From assembly GCF_001194135.2 (NCBI RefSeq), contig NC_068987.1, positions 44,325,152 through 44,378,062 on the forward strand: 52,911 nt of DNA, read 5' to 3'. This DNA is from Octopus bimaculoides. Lineage: Eukaryota. A model generated the notes under the pieces. That model saw nothing but the letters and a program-made list of their open reading frames with translations, was not told the DNA's origin and did not search any database. Below, piece by piece: positions 25,114 to 38,657 of the stretch; position 1 is the first letter of the stretch, and each line of letters opens with the position of its first letter. Made by a program: the position numbers and the translations under genes.

Positions 25114-26590
25114 GTAAGTACAGATTACTAAATTCTTGCTGATTCTTAGTGATGTTGTTTAGCCCTAGGTCAGTCTTGAGATAGCCGTGATCATCCTATC
25201 TTCTTTTAGAGGTAGTTTATCCAGAGTGGACCCCTTTAATTCCTGTTTTCCTCGAGTGGACCACCGTAACTATTTGGTGTTTTAAAAAATTTCATATTTT
25301 TATAATCAAATATTACTAGGAAATATATAAAAGAAATTGTTAAAATATTTTGTGTATTGTAATAGTATAAGCAACTTATGGCACATTAATTTTAACAACA
25401 AAATCTTATATGGACCCTGGTTGAGAACCACTGACCTAGAGCCACATTATATAATATGTCTTTCCTTTTTGAAGGCAATAGCTATTTCTAGCATGTCAAA
25501 CAACCATATTGAAGTTCCCTTATAGGCTTATAGTAATGTTGTTGTTTTTCTTGTTTAGCCCAGGTTGGCCCTAATCAAGCAAACCTATGATCAAGATGCC
25601 AGTCGTGGTAATTATTTTTTTCATCCATAGTGTATCTAGGACAACAATATTTAATGAGTCTTTTCTGTGATTTAAGAGAAAATTTGGTTATTTCTAGCAG
25701 ATTGCATAACATCTACTGAGATAACCACTACTATGACATCCATCACCATTGCCACACTCATCAGTACTACCACATTCACTGCCACCTCAACCATCAGCAC
25801 ACCCATGGCCACCACCACCTCCACTACTACAATCACCACACCCCAATACTACAATTACACATACTATCATCACCACTCCCACCTTGGAGCCTCTACATTG
25901 TTGCTTTACCTACTATAAATAGTAACCAAATCACTCTCTGATCCACTCTGCTATCTGAAAATATAATGAATACACTAAATAATGTGATCTTGGGTTCCCA
26001 ACACAGGTAAAAGAGGGAATGGTCATGATTGGAATGACATTGACCATGGAGCTAAACAACACCAACACTACACCATGTCAAACACTACTATTACCACTAC
26101 CACCACCACCTTATCAAGTCCACTGGATGGTGGTGAATGGATCTGTGGAAACAGGGTCCAGATATTACTGCAATTTTTTTATGGACCCTGTTATCACTTT
26201 ATAGGAAAGTGGGTTATACATCATTAGATGTATACCTGACTTTCCTATATAAAATTAAGAATATAACGGAACGCTGAACTCCAGACTATCAACATGAACA
26301 ACATTTATTTTAGGTGGAATATATACATCTTTAGCTCTTGTTTGTTGAGACGTCTTCTGTGTGTGTGAGCATGGTTGTTGGGACGTTGGTATGTAGATGT
26401 GAGCGAGCCGTCTAGCGTAAGTTCGAAAGATGGAGAGAGACAGCTAAACACGTCCTTGCTCAATCGCTGGCCAGCAAGAAAGAGACAGAATGAAGCGGGA
26501 AAGCTTGGTTGTTGAATTCCACGCATGCGTGAGACTACGCATGCGCAAGGCGTTACTACAACTTTATCAGTTATCATTTTCTTATTTCAG

Positions 26591-26692
26591 GCTCGAATAT
26601 TAAAAGATGCTGAAAATGTAAAGATGGCTGCTGCAGAGAATCTGGCTGGATTTTCGGTTTTATCTGAGAAGAAACTATTCCTAGGACAGAAG
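26591..26692 (+). CDS. macroH2A: macroH2A coding exon 4 (linker end and macrodomain start)
   Basis: Acceptor ttttcttatttcag|, donor AAG|gtgagt; 102 nt. ARILKDAENVKMAAAENLAGFSVLSEKKLFLGQK matches the macroH2A motif GFTVLSTKSLFLGQK. Confidence 0.93.
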
Positions 26693-28545
26693 GTGAGTTT
26701 TTCAACTGATGTTGATGTTGTGACCATTGTGATTTCCATTTAGTGAAGAAGGAAAGCAGTACCCATGAGCTTTTACCAAAGTCTGCAAGACAAGTAGGAG
26801 GGAGGGAGGAATGTATTTGCAAAGATGGAAACCTGGGCCAGATGCTTGCAATAGAATGAACTTCACTAAAGACGTCTAAGTGTTAAGTATGAGTGCTAAG
26901 TTTATTGCCTAAGTATGCCAATGGTAGAATTTCAACTCCGAACACAAAGAGTCAGAGCAAATACTACAAAGCATCCAGTTTCATGTTTTAACAGTCCTAT
27001 TAGTCTACTGCCCTAGAACAGTATGTTTTTGATGAATCCCCTAAAAGATTAAAAGCAAAGTCTTAACCTTGGCATGGTTTGAACTCAAAGTGTAGAGAGT
27101 TAGAACAAATACTGTGAGATAATCGTGATGGTGGTGGTGGTGACAGTGGCATTGTTGTTTCAAATTATAACTGAAGAAATATGAGATGGTCAAAGCCAGA
27201 ATAACATTGGTCATGGCTCAACTTCATCATGAACTGACCTGAGGTGAAACAACATCAAACAATGACCAACAAGATGCCCACATATCTATAAATGTATGCT
27301 GTATTTGGTTCAGTTTGTCTGTGTTGTGTGGTCAGCTTTCCAGCCTTGACCACATTGTCTCTGATGATGATGATGTTGTTAAGTGACCCCAGTCACCTCT
27401 GCCCCAACTAGCCTAAACACTGAGTTATCCCTGCAGAACTGTATCAATATATGGTACATCAAATACAGTCAGTCTTTATTGCATAGTTTGACCATGCCTG
27501 TGTGGTCAGGCACAGGCATGGCTGTGTGGTTAAGAAGCTTCCTTCCCAACTGCATAGTCTCAAGTTCAGTCCCACTACATGGCTCATTGTACAAGTGTAG
27601 AACATCTGCCTCAACAAGGGTTCCATCTTACTCATACAAGAGTGGAAAAGTGAATGTTAAAATAATGATGATGATCAGATTTCCAGTGATGACCACCTCA
27701 TCTATAATAATGTTGTTGTTGTTTAACTTCTGGTTAATCCAGATTGAGCTGACCTATGAGTAAAGGTATTCTAGCCATGACTATCTCATCTTTTTAGAGA
27801 TATTTAACATTACATTATCCCTTGTATTCTTCCTTTTTGAAGAGAATAAGGTGTGATTTGAGAGAATTAACTATTTTTAGTAGTTCAAGCAACTATGTAG
27901 ATTCATCATTTATGATGTAATTGCTAATGGTTCTTGGGTAGCCTCTGCTGGGCCTTATTATAAAGATATACACTCCTCTTTCCCTAATTTCTAAAATACA
28001 ATATTCCATATAGTTTGATCTCTCTTCATTGTCATTTGTTATATTCACTATTGGTGAAAAGCTGTTTCTCAGCAGAGACCTGTTTCCAGACAGTACAACA
28101 GTCTCCAGCACAAGAGGCTTCCTTATCAGCAAGTACATACTCCTATATTCTGTTCTCTTCCAGTACTTTTCTCATTAAATTCTCAACTTCAAAACAATGC
28201 CATTGATCTTGACTAAACTGGATGAAAATGTCTGCTGTTACCTATGAGTTTTGTTTTTCTCTATCCTTGTAATGTCTTATACTAATCCATGGGATAATCC
28301 TCCTTCCAACTCTAACTGTTATCCATAGACTTTAGTCAAACCTTAACCCGATCCACAAGGTTTTTGCCTTTTTGTGTTTTATTCTGTGTACTGTGTATAT
28401 ACTTCTAGTTTATGTTACTGTCTTGCTTTACTTGACTTATTGCTGCTTCTGTCTCCCCTTTTAACACTTTCTGACAAGTTGTGTGCATTACTACTATATA
28501 TAATAAGCTCGTTATTATGTCTGCTATTTTGTATTTTGTTCCCAG

Positions 28546-28636
28546 ATGACAGTATTGCAAGGAGACATAACCAAAATCAATGCTGATGCCATCATCCACC
28601 CAACAAATTCCACATATTATATGGGTGGTGAAGTGG
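28546..28636 (+). CDS. macroH2A: macroH2A coding exon 5 (macroH2A1.1-type macrodomain exon)
   Basis: Acceptor ttttgttcccag|, donor G|gtaagt; 91 nt. MTVLQGDITKINADAIIHPTNSTYYMGGEV(G) aligns to human 1.1 [31 protein letters not shown]. Confidence 0.95.
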
Positions 28637-30452
28637 GTAAGTACTGATCTATAGCTTAAGAACAACAACAATAACAACATAAACAACAATAAAAATATGA
28701 CTGAAAGAGCAAAACGGGTGAGTGGCATGGTATGACTGTCAGTTCAGTTCATATTTTGGAGTATTATTGGAGTGCATTCGTGTGCTTTATTGAAATGACA
28801 GCATCATTATCATTACATCATTATCATCATCACTATTATCACCATCATCCTTGCCATCGTCATCTTCATCATCATCATAATTTATCATTGTCATAATTTT
28901 AACACCCACTTTTCCATGCTTCCACAATGAGCAGAATTATAGGCAGTTGTTGTTTAGCTTCAAGTCAGCCTTGGACTAGTGAGCCTATGACTAAAGTTTT
29001 CTTCTCGCCTGGGACGCATTATAATATTATAAGTTGACTCAAGTACTTAAGTGGTACATAATTTCATTGAGCCTGGAAGTTCGAAATTCAAAATTGATCT
29101 CAACAATTTCAACTCAAAGTATAGAAGGGCATAACTACCACAAGGCATTTTGTCTCCTGCTATTACAATTCAGCCAGTTACAGCCAAGACCATCACGTCG
29201 TTTTCAAAATCTAGCATATTTAGGCGTACATGCGTTCTTTCATTGTAAAAAAAAAATTATAAAAGATTTCGCTACTATTTCTAGCGAAGCCAACACTTGG
29301 TAACTCTTCCACTGAACTTTCAATGGACGAGAGCTGGAGATTGCTAATGTAAGTGGAATAACTATTAAATCTAACTGCAGGAGTTGATTCCCTTGAATAT
29401 AAGTCTCGTATCATTGTAAGTAGTTGCACATCGTAACTTATTTTTCTCAAATTTTGGCACGTGGACTAGCAATTTTATGAGGAGTGGGTTAGTTGATTAC
29501 ACCGACACCAGGACTTATCTGGTACTATATTTTATCGAGCCCGAACAGATGAAAGACAAAGTTACTCTCGCCAGGGTTTGAATTCTCAATCTAAAGTGCT
29601 GGAAGAAAAGTCACAAAGATTTTGCTCAACACACTAATGATACTGCCAGCTCACAGCCTTACAATAACAATAATAATAATAATAATAATAATAGTAATAA
29701 GCTAAATGCATGTTTTAATATCAGTTTGTTCTAGACGGATCTTTACGTACAGACATTATGGTATATTAAAATTAAACATATATACACATTCACACACATG
29801 TTTGGGACATGTTCAATATACAGAATTGTTAGTTTATTGCATGTAGAAACACCTGTGGTGTGTTTAATATATTGACACTTAATGATGCATTTATTACATA
29901 TAGACACTTAATGATCTGTTGAATGTATAGAATTACTGTGATGTCTTATATATACAGACACACTGGGATGTATATAAACCACAACTACCATCTTATTCCC
30001 ACAGTCATGGCTGTCTTGGCTGTCTTTAGGATACCAAACTTCAATCTAAAATGACAGAAGTTCATATTCCAATAATGTCATCATGTTCTATTTCTTGCTC
30101 AATTAAAGATCAGTCAAGTACTGGAGTCTGTTTATATTCCTATAATGCATCTTAGTTGTGAATGGACTTACAACAGAATATACATTACCACCTACACACT
30201 CCATCAGTACCCCTCCATATCAATCATTACAACCATAATCGATCAATGTGCAAGACCTCACCACTTCTACATCTCTCAATTTTTCATGTTCCTCTATCTC
30301 AAAATACTATAAATACTCCACTAACCATTTCTAGATCTTTAGTCTAGTTTTAGTGTCACAGTAGGCTATTTTCATTCACATCACTGTACTATTCAATAAC
30401 TTCACAGTAATCTATTTAAACCAAACTTTTGATTATATTTTCTTATTTTTAG

Positions 30453-30539
30453 GATCAGCCCTTGAAAAAGCAGGTGGTAAAGATTTCACCGAAGAAGTAA
30501 AGGAACTAGCAGCCAAAGGGACCTTAACGATATCTGCTG
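30453..30539 (+). CDS. macroH2A: macroH2A coding exon 6 (macrodomain)
   Basis: Acceptor ttcttatttttag|, donor G|gtaact; 87 nt. (G)SALEKAGGKDFTEEVKELAAKGTLTISA aligns to human GNTLEKKGGKEFVEAVLEL. Confidence 0.93.
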
Positions 30540-30627
30540 GTAACTTCATTTTTACAGAGATTATTCCTATTTTTTCTACCTACTCTTCTCTACATTCGTA
30601 TCTCCCTCACCTCTGTCTGTATCTATT

Positions 30628-30663
<36 letters not shown>

Positions 30664-31724
30664 TCTCTCTCCCTCTCTCGCTCTCTCTCTCCACGTCAGT
30701 AATGTTCTGTGCCTATCCATCTCTGTTATAAAAGCAATCTAATCTCTCTTAAGTTGTTGATGAATCCCTCAACATGTATTATAGAACATTTAGCAAGTCC
30801 ATTATTAATCTCTAAGTTCTTCCTTTATCTGTACTTAGACATTTTAGTGAGCNNNNNNNNNNNNNNNNNNNNNNNNNNNNNNNNNNNNNNNNNNNNNNNN
30901 NNNNNNNNNNNNNNNNNNNNNNNNNNNNNNNNNNNNNNNNNNNNNNNNNNNNNNNNNNNNNNNNNNNNNNNNNNNNNNNNNNNNNNNNNNNNNNNNNNNN
31001 NNNNNNNNNNNNNNNNNNNNNNNNNNNNNNNNNNNNNNNNNNNNNNNNNNNNNNNNNNNNNNNNNNNNNNNNNNNNNNNNNNNNNNNNNNNNNNNNNNNN
31101 NNNNNNNNNNNNNNNNNNNNNNNNNNNNNNNNNNNNNNNNNNNNNNNNNNNNNNNNNNNNNNNNNNNNNNNNNNNNNNNNNNNNNNNNNNNNNNNNNNNN
31201 NNNNNNNNNNNNNNNNNNNNNNNNNNNNNNNNCTTAAAAATTTCTAGACTTTTATCCCTGATAGATTTTGGTAAATGCTACAGAGCCCAAAAGTTAAGTT
31301 CCCTGTTTCAATTTCTGATTAAAGCAAGGTCACTAATAAAGCCTTTGTGAGGGATGGATATTTCAACAATCAATGAAATCACAAAACCAGAGACTAGGTT
31401 TTCTCTCTAATTTTTACTATTTACTGTCCTATAACACATTGTAGGTGGGTTTGATGTTTCTGGACATTTATGCGTAATTTCTATTTTACACTTTTTCTCT
31501 CTCATGAAAACAAACACACATTTATACACTGTCTCTGCCTGCCCAAAATTCCACAGACCTTGTTGCTCAATTTCACTTTTCAATTGACTCATGCATTCAT
31601 TTCTCTATCCCACTCTCTATATCACTTGCTCTCTCTCTTCTCTTCCTCATGTTCTATTTTCTTTTCTCATATAGACCCCTATACACACACACACTTGTGT
31701 GTGCGTGTATATCTATATACATCA

Positions 31725-32105
31725 TATGCAGGAGTAGATGTGTGGTAAGTAGCTTGCTTACCAACCACACGGTTTCAGGTTCAGTCCCATGTGTGGCACC
31801 TTGGGCAATTGTCTTCTGCTATAGCCTCAGGCCAACCAAAGCCTTGTGAGTGAATTTGGTAGATGGAAACTGAAAGAAGCCCATCGTGTATATATATATA
31901 TATATGTATATGTTTGTGTTTCTGTTTGTTCCCCCAACCCTTGCTTGACAACTGATGTTGGTGTGTTTACGTCCCCATAACCTAGCAGTTCAGCAAAAGA
32001 AGCCAATAGAATAAGTACTAGGCTTACAAAGAATAAATCCTGGGGTCGATTTGTTTGACTAAAGGTGGTGCTCCAGCCTGGTTGCAGTCAAATGACTGAA
32101 ACAAA
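31725..32105 (+). mobile_element. tRNA-derived SINE (second family; also at about 50095-50375, 46975-47100, 27515-27600 and inverted at 17090-17215, 33195-33345, 34640-34770)
   Basis: Recurrent gtgtggtaag.agcttgctt.ccaaccac...ggttcagtccc...ttctactatagcctc...ccaaagccttgtgagtg motif. Confidence 0.75.
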
Positions 32106-32416
32106 TAGAAGGGTGTGTGTGTGTGTGTGTGTGTGTGTAGGTTCATATACCCCTAAGACATGCAGACAGTTCCTGAGACAGAGAAACTGGATTGTAAAGA
32201 ACAATTCTTCATGACAGTAGACAAAACAGGAACATATGACTGGCTGACCAACTGAACAGTGAGAAGATGAACACTTCTTTTGTACACACACATACAATCC
32301 AACTCCCTTTTACCAGCTACACATATTTTCTGTCTCTAAGAATATAATTGATGTCACTTCACTATTCATCAATCATTCTTGTCATCATCCTGTATTTTCT
32401 GCTGACTTACAGCTCA

Positions 32417-32473
<57 letters not shown>

Positions 32474-33371
32474 NNNNNNNNNNNNNNNNNNNNNNNNNNN
32501 NNNNNNNNNNNNNNNNNNNNNNNNNNNNNNNNNNNNNNNNNNNNNNNNNNNNNNNNNNNNNNNNNNNNNNNNNNNNNNNNNNNNNNNNNNNNNNNNNNNN
32601 NNNNNNNNNNNNNNNNNNNNNNNNNNNNNNNNNNNNNNNNNNNNNNNNNNNNNNNNNNNNNNNNNNNNNNNNNNNNNNNNNNNNNNNNNNNNNNNNNNNN
32701 NNNNNNNNNNNNNNNNNNNNNNNNNNNNNNNNNNNNNNNNNNNNNNNNNNNNNNNNNNNNNNNNNNNNNNNNNNNNNNNNNNNNNNNNNNNNNNNNNNNN
32801 NNNNNNNNNNNNNNNNNNNNNNNNNNNNNNNNNNNNNNNNNNTATATATATATATATATATATATCATTGTCATCATCATCATCATTTAACATCCAATTC
32901 TCTATGCTTGCATTGGTCAGATTGAATTCATTGAGGCTGATTTTCTACAGCTAGATACCTTTCTTGTCACTAATATTCACCTGTTTCTAAGCATGGTAAT
33001 ATTTCCCCAGAGTCAAACATGTTTTCATAGAAGACTAGAAACAAGGAACATTGTTTGTATGATATAAACCATCATATGATGGTTTACAACTATCATATGT
33101 TGTCAAGACAAAGATAAACAAACACATGCAATGTATGCACACTCATACACACACACATTTATACACATAAATACATACCAACATGTGTATCTATTTATAT
33201 ATACAACAGGCTTCTTTCAGCTGCTATCTACCAAATCCACTCACAAGGTTTTTGTTGACCCAGAGCTATAATACAAGACACTTGACCAAGGTGCCACACA
33301 ATGGGACTGAATCCAAGACCACATGGTCTTGGAAGCTTGCTTCTCAAACACACAGCTACACCTGCACCGAA

Positions 33372-33430
<59 letters not shown>

Positions 33431-34129
33431 TGTATATTGGATTTGAAAAAGCTCTGTATAGTGGTTAGTTTTAGGAAAGAGATCCAACCATAGAAACCAT
33501 GCCAAAACAGGCATAGGAGCTCAACACAGTCCTGCAGCTCAGTGGATCCTGTCAAACCTTCTAACCCATGCAAGCCTAGAAGACAAGTTTTAAACGATCA
33601 TGATGAAGAAGATATTTGTGTGTCATATATATTATATCCTATTTAGTCATGGCTTAGGCCACTTCTGAGATGCAGAATGACAATCCAAATTTTTCCAGAT
33701 CATATGTACTCATGGCAGTAAAATCCATGATTTCTTTTTTTTTTTTTGTCCGGTCTTGTTTCAGTTATTAGACTGTGGTCATGCTGGGGTACCACCATGA
33801 AGAATTTTAGTCGAACAAGTCAACCCCAGTACTTATTATTTTTCTGTAAAGCAGCCTACTGGTCTCTTTTACCAAACTGCTAAGTTACAGGGGCATAAAC
33901 ATACTAACACCAGTTATCAAGCAGTGGTAGAGGCAAACACATACACAACGACACACACACACACATGTGTGTGTGTGTCCGGCAAATAAAATGAGTCCAC
34001 AGCTGTAACTTACACTAGTGTCGCATAATCAGCCCACTCAGAAGTACTTTGGATCGTAGGGTGACATGCTGTGCTTGAGGAGACCCATTGAGTCAAGTAC
34101 ATCAACATCAGCAATATCAAAATCATATC

Positions 34130-34460
34130 AAATGGAAATTGTTGTTGGGCCCCGTGCTGGTAGCACATAAAAAAGACCATCTGAACATGGCCGATGCCAG
34201 TGCCGCCTTGACCGGCTTCTGTGCCGGTGGCACGTAAAAAACACCATCTGATTATAGTTGATGCTAGCTCCTCTGGCCCCTTGTGCTAGTGGCATGTAAA
34301 AAGTACCCACTACACTCTCGGAGTGGTTGGTGTTAGGAAGGGCATCCAGCTGTAGAAACACTGCCAGATCAGATTGGGGCCTGGTGCAGCCTCCTGGCTT
34401 CCCAGACGCCAGTTGAACCGTCCAACCCATGCCAGCATGGAAAACGGACATTAAACAATG
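34130..34460 (-). mobile_element. LINE-3'-like/SINE repeat with internal tggcacgtaaaaagcacc subrepeats (also at about 16455-16830, 39885-40237, 46560-46945)
   Basis: Shared tttaacgtccg.tttccatgct.gcatgggttggac...ggatgcccttcctaac sequence in four places. Confidence 0.7.
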
Positions 34461-36387
34461 ATGATGATGATATATATAGTGAGAATTTACAAAAAACAAA
34501 CGACGAAGACGGGTGTGTAAACAACAAACAGATGCATTAGTTTAACACTCGAGAAGTGAGAAAGTCTTTTACGTTTCGAGCCTACACTCTTCGACAGAAA
34601 GGAACACAGGGAGAGAAAATAGAAAATAGAAAAAGGTTTAGTGGCTAACAATCTATCATAGGCTTCTTTCAGTTTCTGTCTACCAAATTCACTCACAAAA
34701 CTTTGGTCAGCCTGAGGCTATAGTAGAAGACACTTACCCAAGGTACCATGCAGTGGGACTGAACCTGGATCGAAAATATATATCTATATATATGCTTAGA
34801 GAGCAAAAATCATTGTATATTGAGATTTTATTCAGTTGTATTAAGTTATATGATCCTAAACCCATGTTATTTGGTACTCTTATAGATTACTGTTTCCTGA
34901 GTTTAAAAAGTTTACTAATAGCTCGAAGTATAACAAAAATTGTATTTATAAACTCTCTGTTGAAGAATTTTTGCATACAAGTAGAAAGACTGGATTCATT
35001 CTGCAAAGTTTCCCTAATCTTTCCTCTTTTGTCTTTGTTTCTTCCTTTAATTATCCCTTTTTTTTTCTTTTTTTTTTTTTGACACTACATGAATTTACTG
35101 GCATGATTGCATATAATTTGGACAAATTCAGGTATTTGTTTATTTACCTTAGCTAATGATACCTCTAGCCGTACTTCTACAAAGTCAAATGGGGTAGAAA
35201 AAACACCTCGCATCCCAGTAAACTGAATATATTTTGCTATACTTAAGCCTTGAAATTCTTTTCTTTTTTTTTGATATAGTTAGTCTATGCATTATATATT
35301 ACTTACCACACACACATACATATATAGCACTTATATACAGTCTCACATAGGTTGCTATAATACATAAACATATGTAATATACATATTTATCCACATTTAT
35401 GTACTCTATATATGCCATTAGAATCAGGTGTTCTTGTTATTTAGCCCCAGGTCAGTGACAAGTGTTCTTTTTACTATTTTGTATCTACATCAAATCAATC
35501 TTTTATTTCTGGAATCTTCCCAACAACAAGAGGTTTTGATTGTTCTTTGTGAAACTAGAAAAATAGTTTTGAAAGACTAAAAATAGTAGTCAACCCAATT
35601 TACTGACAATTCATAACAGGAGATCATGATGAAACTGCTTTAGAGAGGACTCCCAGTAACTCTCTGATTAACTACATGCTTGGATTACCATACCTTCCTA
35701 TTGTCAGTCATAGTATATCTAGGACTACATTAACCAAAGCATCCTTCCCTTTCCAATACATTAGACTATAGTTTGAGAGATATTTGTTTGTCAATATTGT
35801 AACAGGTCAAGTGAGCACATAGGTGTATTTTTTTTACTGAGATTAAGTCCTATTTTTACAGTTAGATGTCATTTCCATTGTTATTTACTTTTATGATGAT
35901 TTAGTCTCTTTCCTGTAGCAGCAGCGTACCATTTTTAGAAGCTGTCTGGTATTTATAGTTATGTCCCTTAGCTCGCTGAGAAGTACATGGTATTTACAGC
36001 TAGGTTTCTTTCCTACTACATCACTAATGCTCTTCAGAAAGTTCTGCATATCACAACATCTTCCAACCTTAAAGTCACTCGACTCTGAGGGAGAGTAAAA
36101 TATGTAACAGTCACCTGGTTGTTCTTCTCTTTTTCGAATAGTTTTTCCTTGCTAATGTATGAAATAATAATATTTTCATTAGTAGTATTATTGCATTTCG
36201 CCCAACTTTACGTTCGGAGTTCAAATGCTGTCAGGGTTGACTTTGCCTTTCATCCTTTCAGGGTCGCCTATTGTAGAAAGGATTATTATTGTTTCTTTTT
36301 ATCACAGGATTTGTTGGAACTCCCAGAGTCTTGCATGCGTAGTAGGCTTGATGTCTGCAGCCTAAAGTACCAAGCTATATGTTCTTT

Positions 36388-36830
36388 TCAACCATCTAAT
36401 ACTTTCCTGGTTATTCTGGCCATGCCAAGGAGGCAAACCTTTTGTAACAGTTCTATTGGGCCCTTTATTCTGATTTCCTTTATATTCTTCTTGATACCTT
36501 CTGATGCTGTCCCCCAGAACTCAACAATAATTGGCACCATCTTCACCTTCTTTATTTTCCATAGCAGGGCTATTTCGTACTTAAGAGGGTTGTATTTATC
36601 TATTTTTTCACTTTCCTTCATGACTATTCATGAGTCAAAAGGGCACACAACATCAACTATATAGCATATGTGGTGCATCTTGTTAACCACCACTAGGTCC
36701 GGTCTGTTATGCTCAACCACCCAATCTGTTTGGATTGGAAAATCCCAGAGGATTTTGCAAGTCTTCGACTCTGCCACTCTCTGCAGTTTGTGTTCATACC
36801 ACATCTTGCCTCTCTCTAGCTCTCTATTAT
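36388..36830 (-). mobile_element. Non-LTR retrotransposon C-terminal remnant (restriction-like endonuclease)
   Basis: ILWDFPIQTD...NRPDLVV...YIVDVVCPFD, then KIDKYNPLKYEI and LLQKVCLLG.ARI.RKVL, as in R2/R4/Dong/NeSL-type RLE domains. Confidence 0.85.
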
Positions 36831-36847
36831 TATTATCATTATTATAA

Positions 36848-36900
<53 letters not shown>

Positions 36901-36904
36901 GTTA

Positions 36905-37365
36905 TTAAGATGGCAAGCTGATAGAATCATTACTACGCCAGGCAAAATGTTTAGCAGCATTTCATCTGTCTTTACATTCTAAGTTCAAATTCAACCGAGG
37001 TCAACTTTGCCTTTCATCCTTTTGGGGGTCGATGAAATAAGTACCAGTTACACACTAGGTTTGATGTAGTCAACTAACCCCTTCCCCCAAAATTTCAGGC
37101 CTTGTGCCTATAGTAGAAAGGATTATTATTATTATTAAAGTGGCAAGCTAGTAGAATCCTTAGCATGTCAGGCAAAATGCTTAGCAATATTTCGTCTGCC
37201 TTTACGTTCTGAGTTCAAATTCTGCTGAGGTCAACTTTGCCTTTCATCCTTTTGGTGTCAATAAATTAAGCACCAGTGAAAAACTGGAGTCGATGTAATT
37301 GACTAGTCCCCTCCCACAAAATTTCAGGCCTTTAGTAGAAAGAATTATTATTGTTGTTGTTGTTG

Positions 37366-37432
<67 letters not shown>

Positions 37433-37875
37433 GGCATCAAAATGGCAGAATTGTTACCATACTGAACAAAATGTGTAACAGCATTTCTTCCAGTTATTTA
37501 TGCTCTGAGATCAAGTTTTGCCTAGGTCAACTTTGCCTTTCATCTTTTTGGAGGTCAATAAAATAGAGTACCAGTCAAGCACTGGAGCCAATAGTATCAG
37601 CTAAACTTTTCCCAAGATTTGAAACCATTATTACTATTATCATTTTCAGAATTGTCAGAGTGTCAGAAAAAAAAATGCCTTGGGGTATTTAGTTGCATCA
37701 CTTTCTTTTCTGAGTTCAAATTCCACTAAGATCAACTCTGCCTTTCATCCCACCCAGATCAATAAAATAAAATATCAATTTTGTACAAAGGTTAAGGTAA
37801 TCAAGTAACCCCTTCCCCATCAAAATTGTTCACATTGTGCTTAAAAACCAAAACTTAGAAATCATCATCATCATC

Positions 37876-37940
<65 letters not shown>

Positions 37941-38330
37941 CTTTTGATATTGCTTTATTTAACAATCCCTGCCAGATGTCAACCAGATACCTAGAGTAGA
38001 TATTGTCATGTAATGGTGGTATTTCACCACATAATGTAACTGTAAAAAGCTATTGAATTAATTAAGAATCAGTATAAAGAAGCATTTATTATTATCATCA
38101 TCATCATCATCATTGAGGATGTTAAGCTGACAGAATCATTAGCAAATCAGACAAAATGCTTAATACCATTTCTTCCAGCTCTTTATGTTTTGAGTTCAAA
38201 TCCTGCTAAACTCAACGTTGCTTTTGGTGTTGATAAAATAAAGTACCAGTCAAGTACTGAGGTCAATGTAATCAACTTGGCCCACCTCCTAAAATTGCTG
38301 GCCTTTTGCCAAAATTTAAGACCTTTATTA
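36905..38330 (+). mobile_element. Stack of about 5 copies of the (ATT)n-associated SINE, opposite orientation to 23380-24765
   Basis: Repeated gagttcaaatt...gaggtcaactttgcctttcatcc units separated by long (ATT)n. Confidence 0.8.
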
Positions 38331-38332
38331 TA

Positions 38333-38394
<62 letters not shown>

Positions 38395-38500
38395 TATTAT
38401 TATCTTCACCATCATCATCATCAGAAAGTTATTATTCAACAAGTTCTAATACAATAATAATAACAATAGCAATAGTAATAAATATAAAAAGGCAATGTCT

Positions 38501-38531
<31 letters not shown>

Positions 38532-38551
38532 TAATAATAGTAATAATAATG

Positions 38552-38594
<43 letters not shown>

Positions 38595-38657
38595 TGGTGA
38601 TATTATGATCATTTACTTTTTCTTGGCAAACGTTGTCAGCTGGTTAATTTATTGCAG

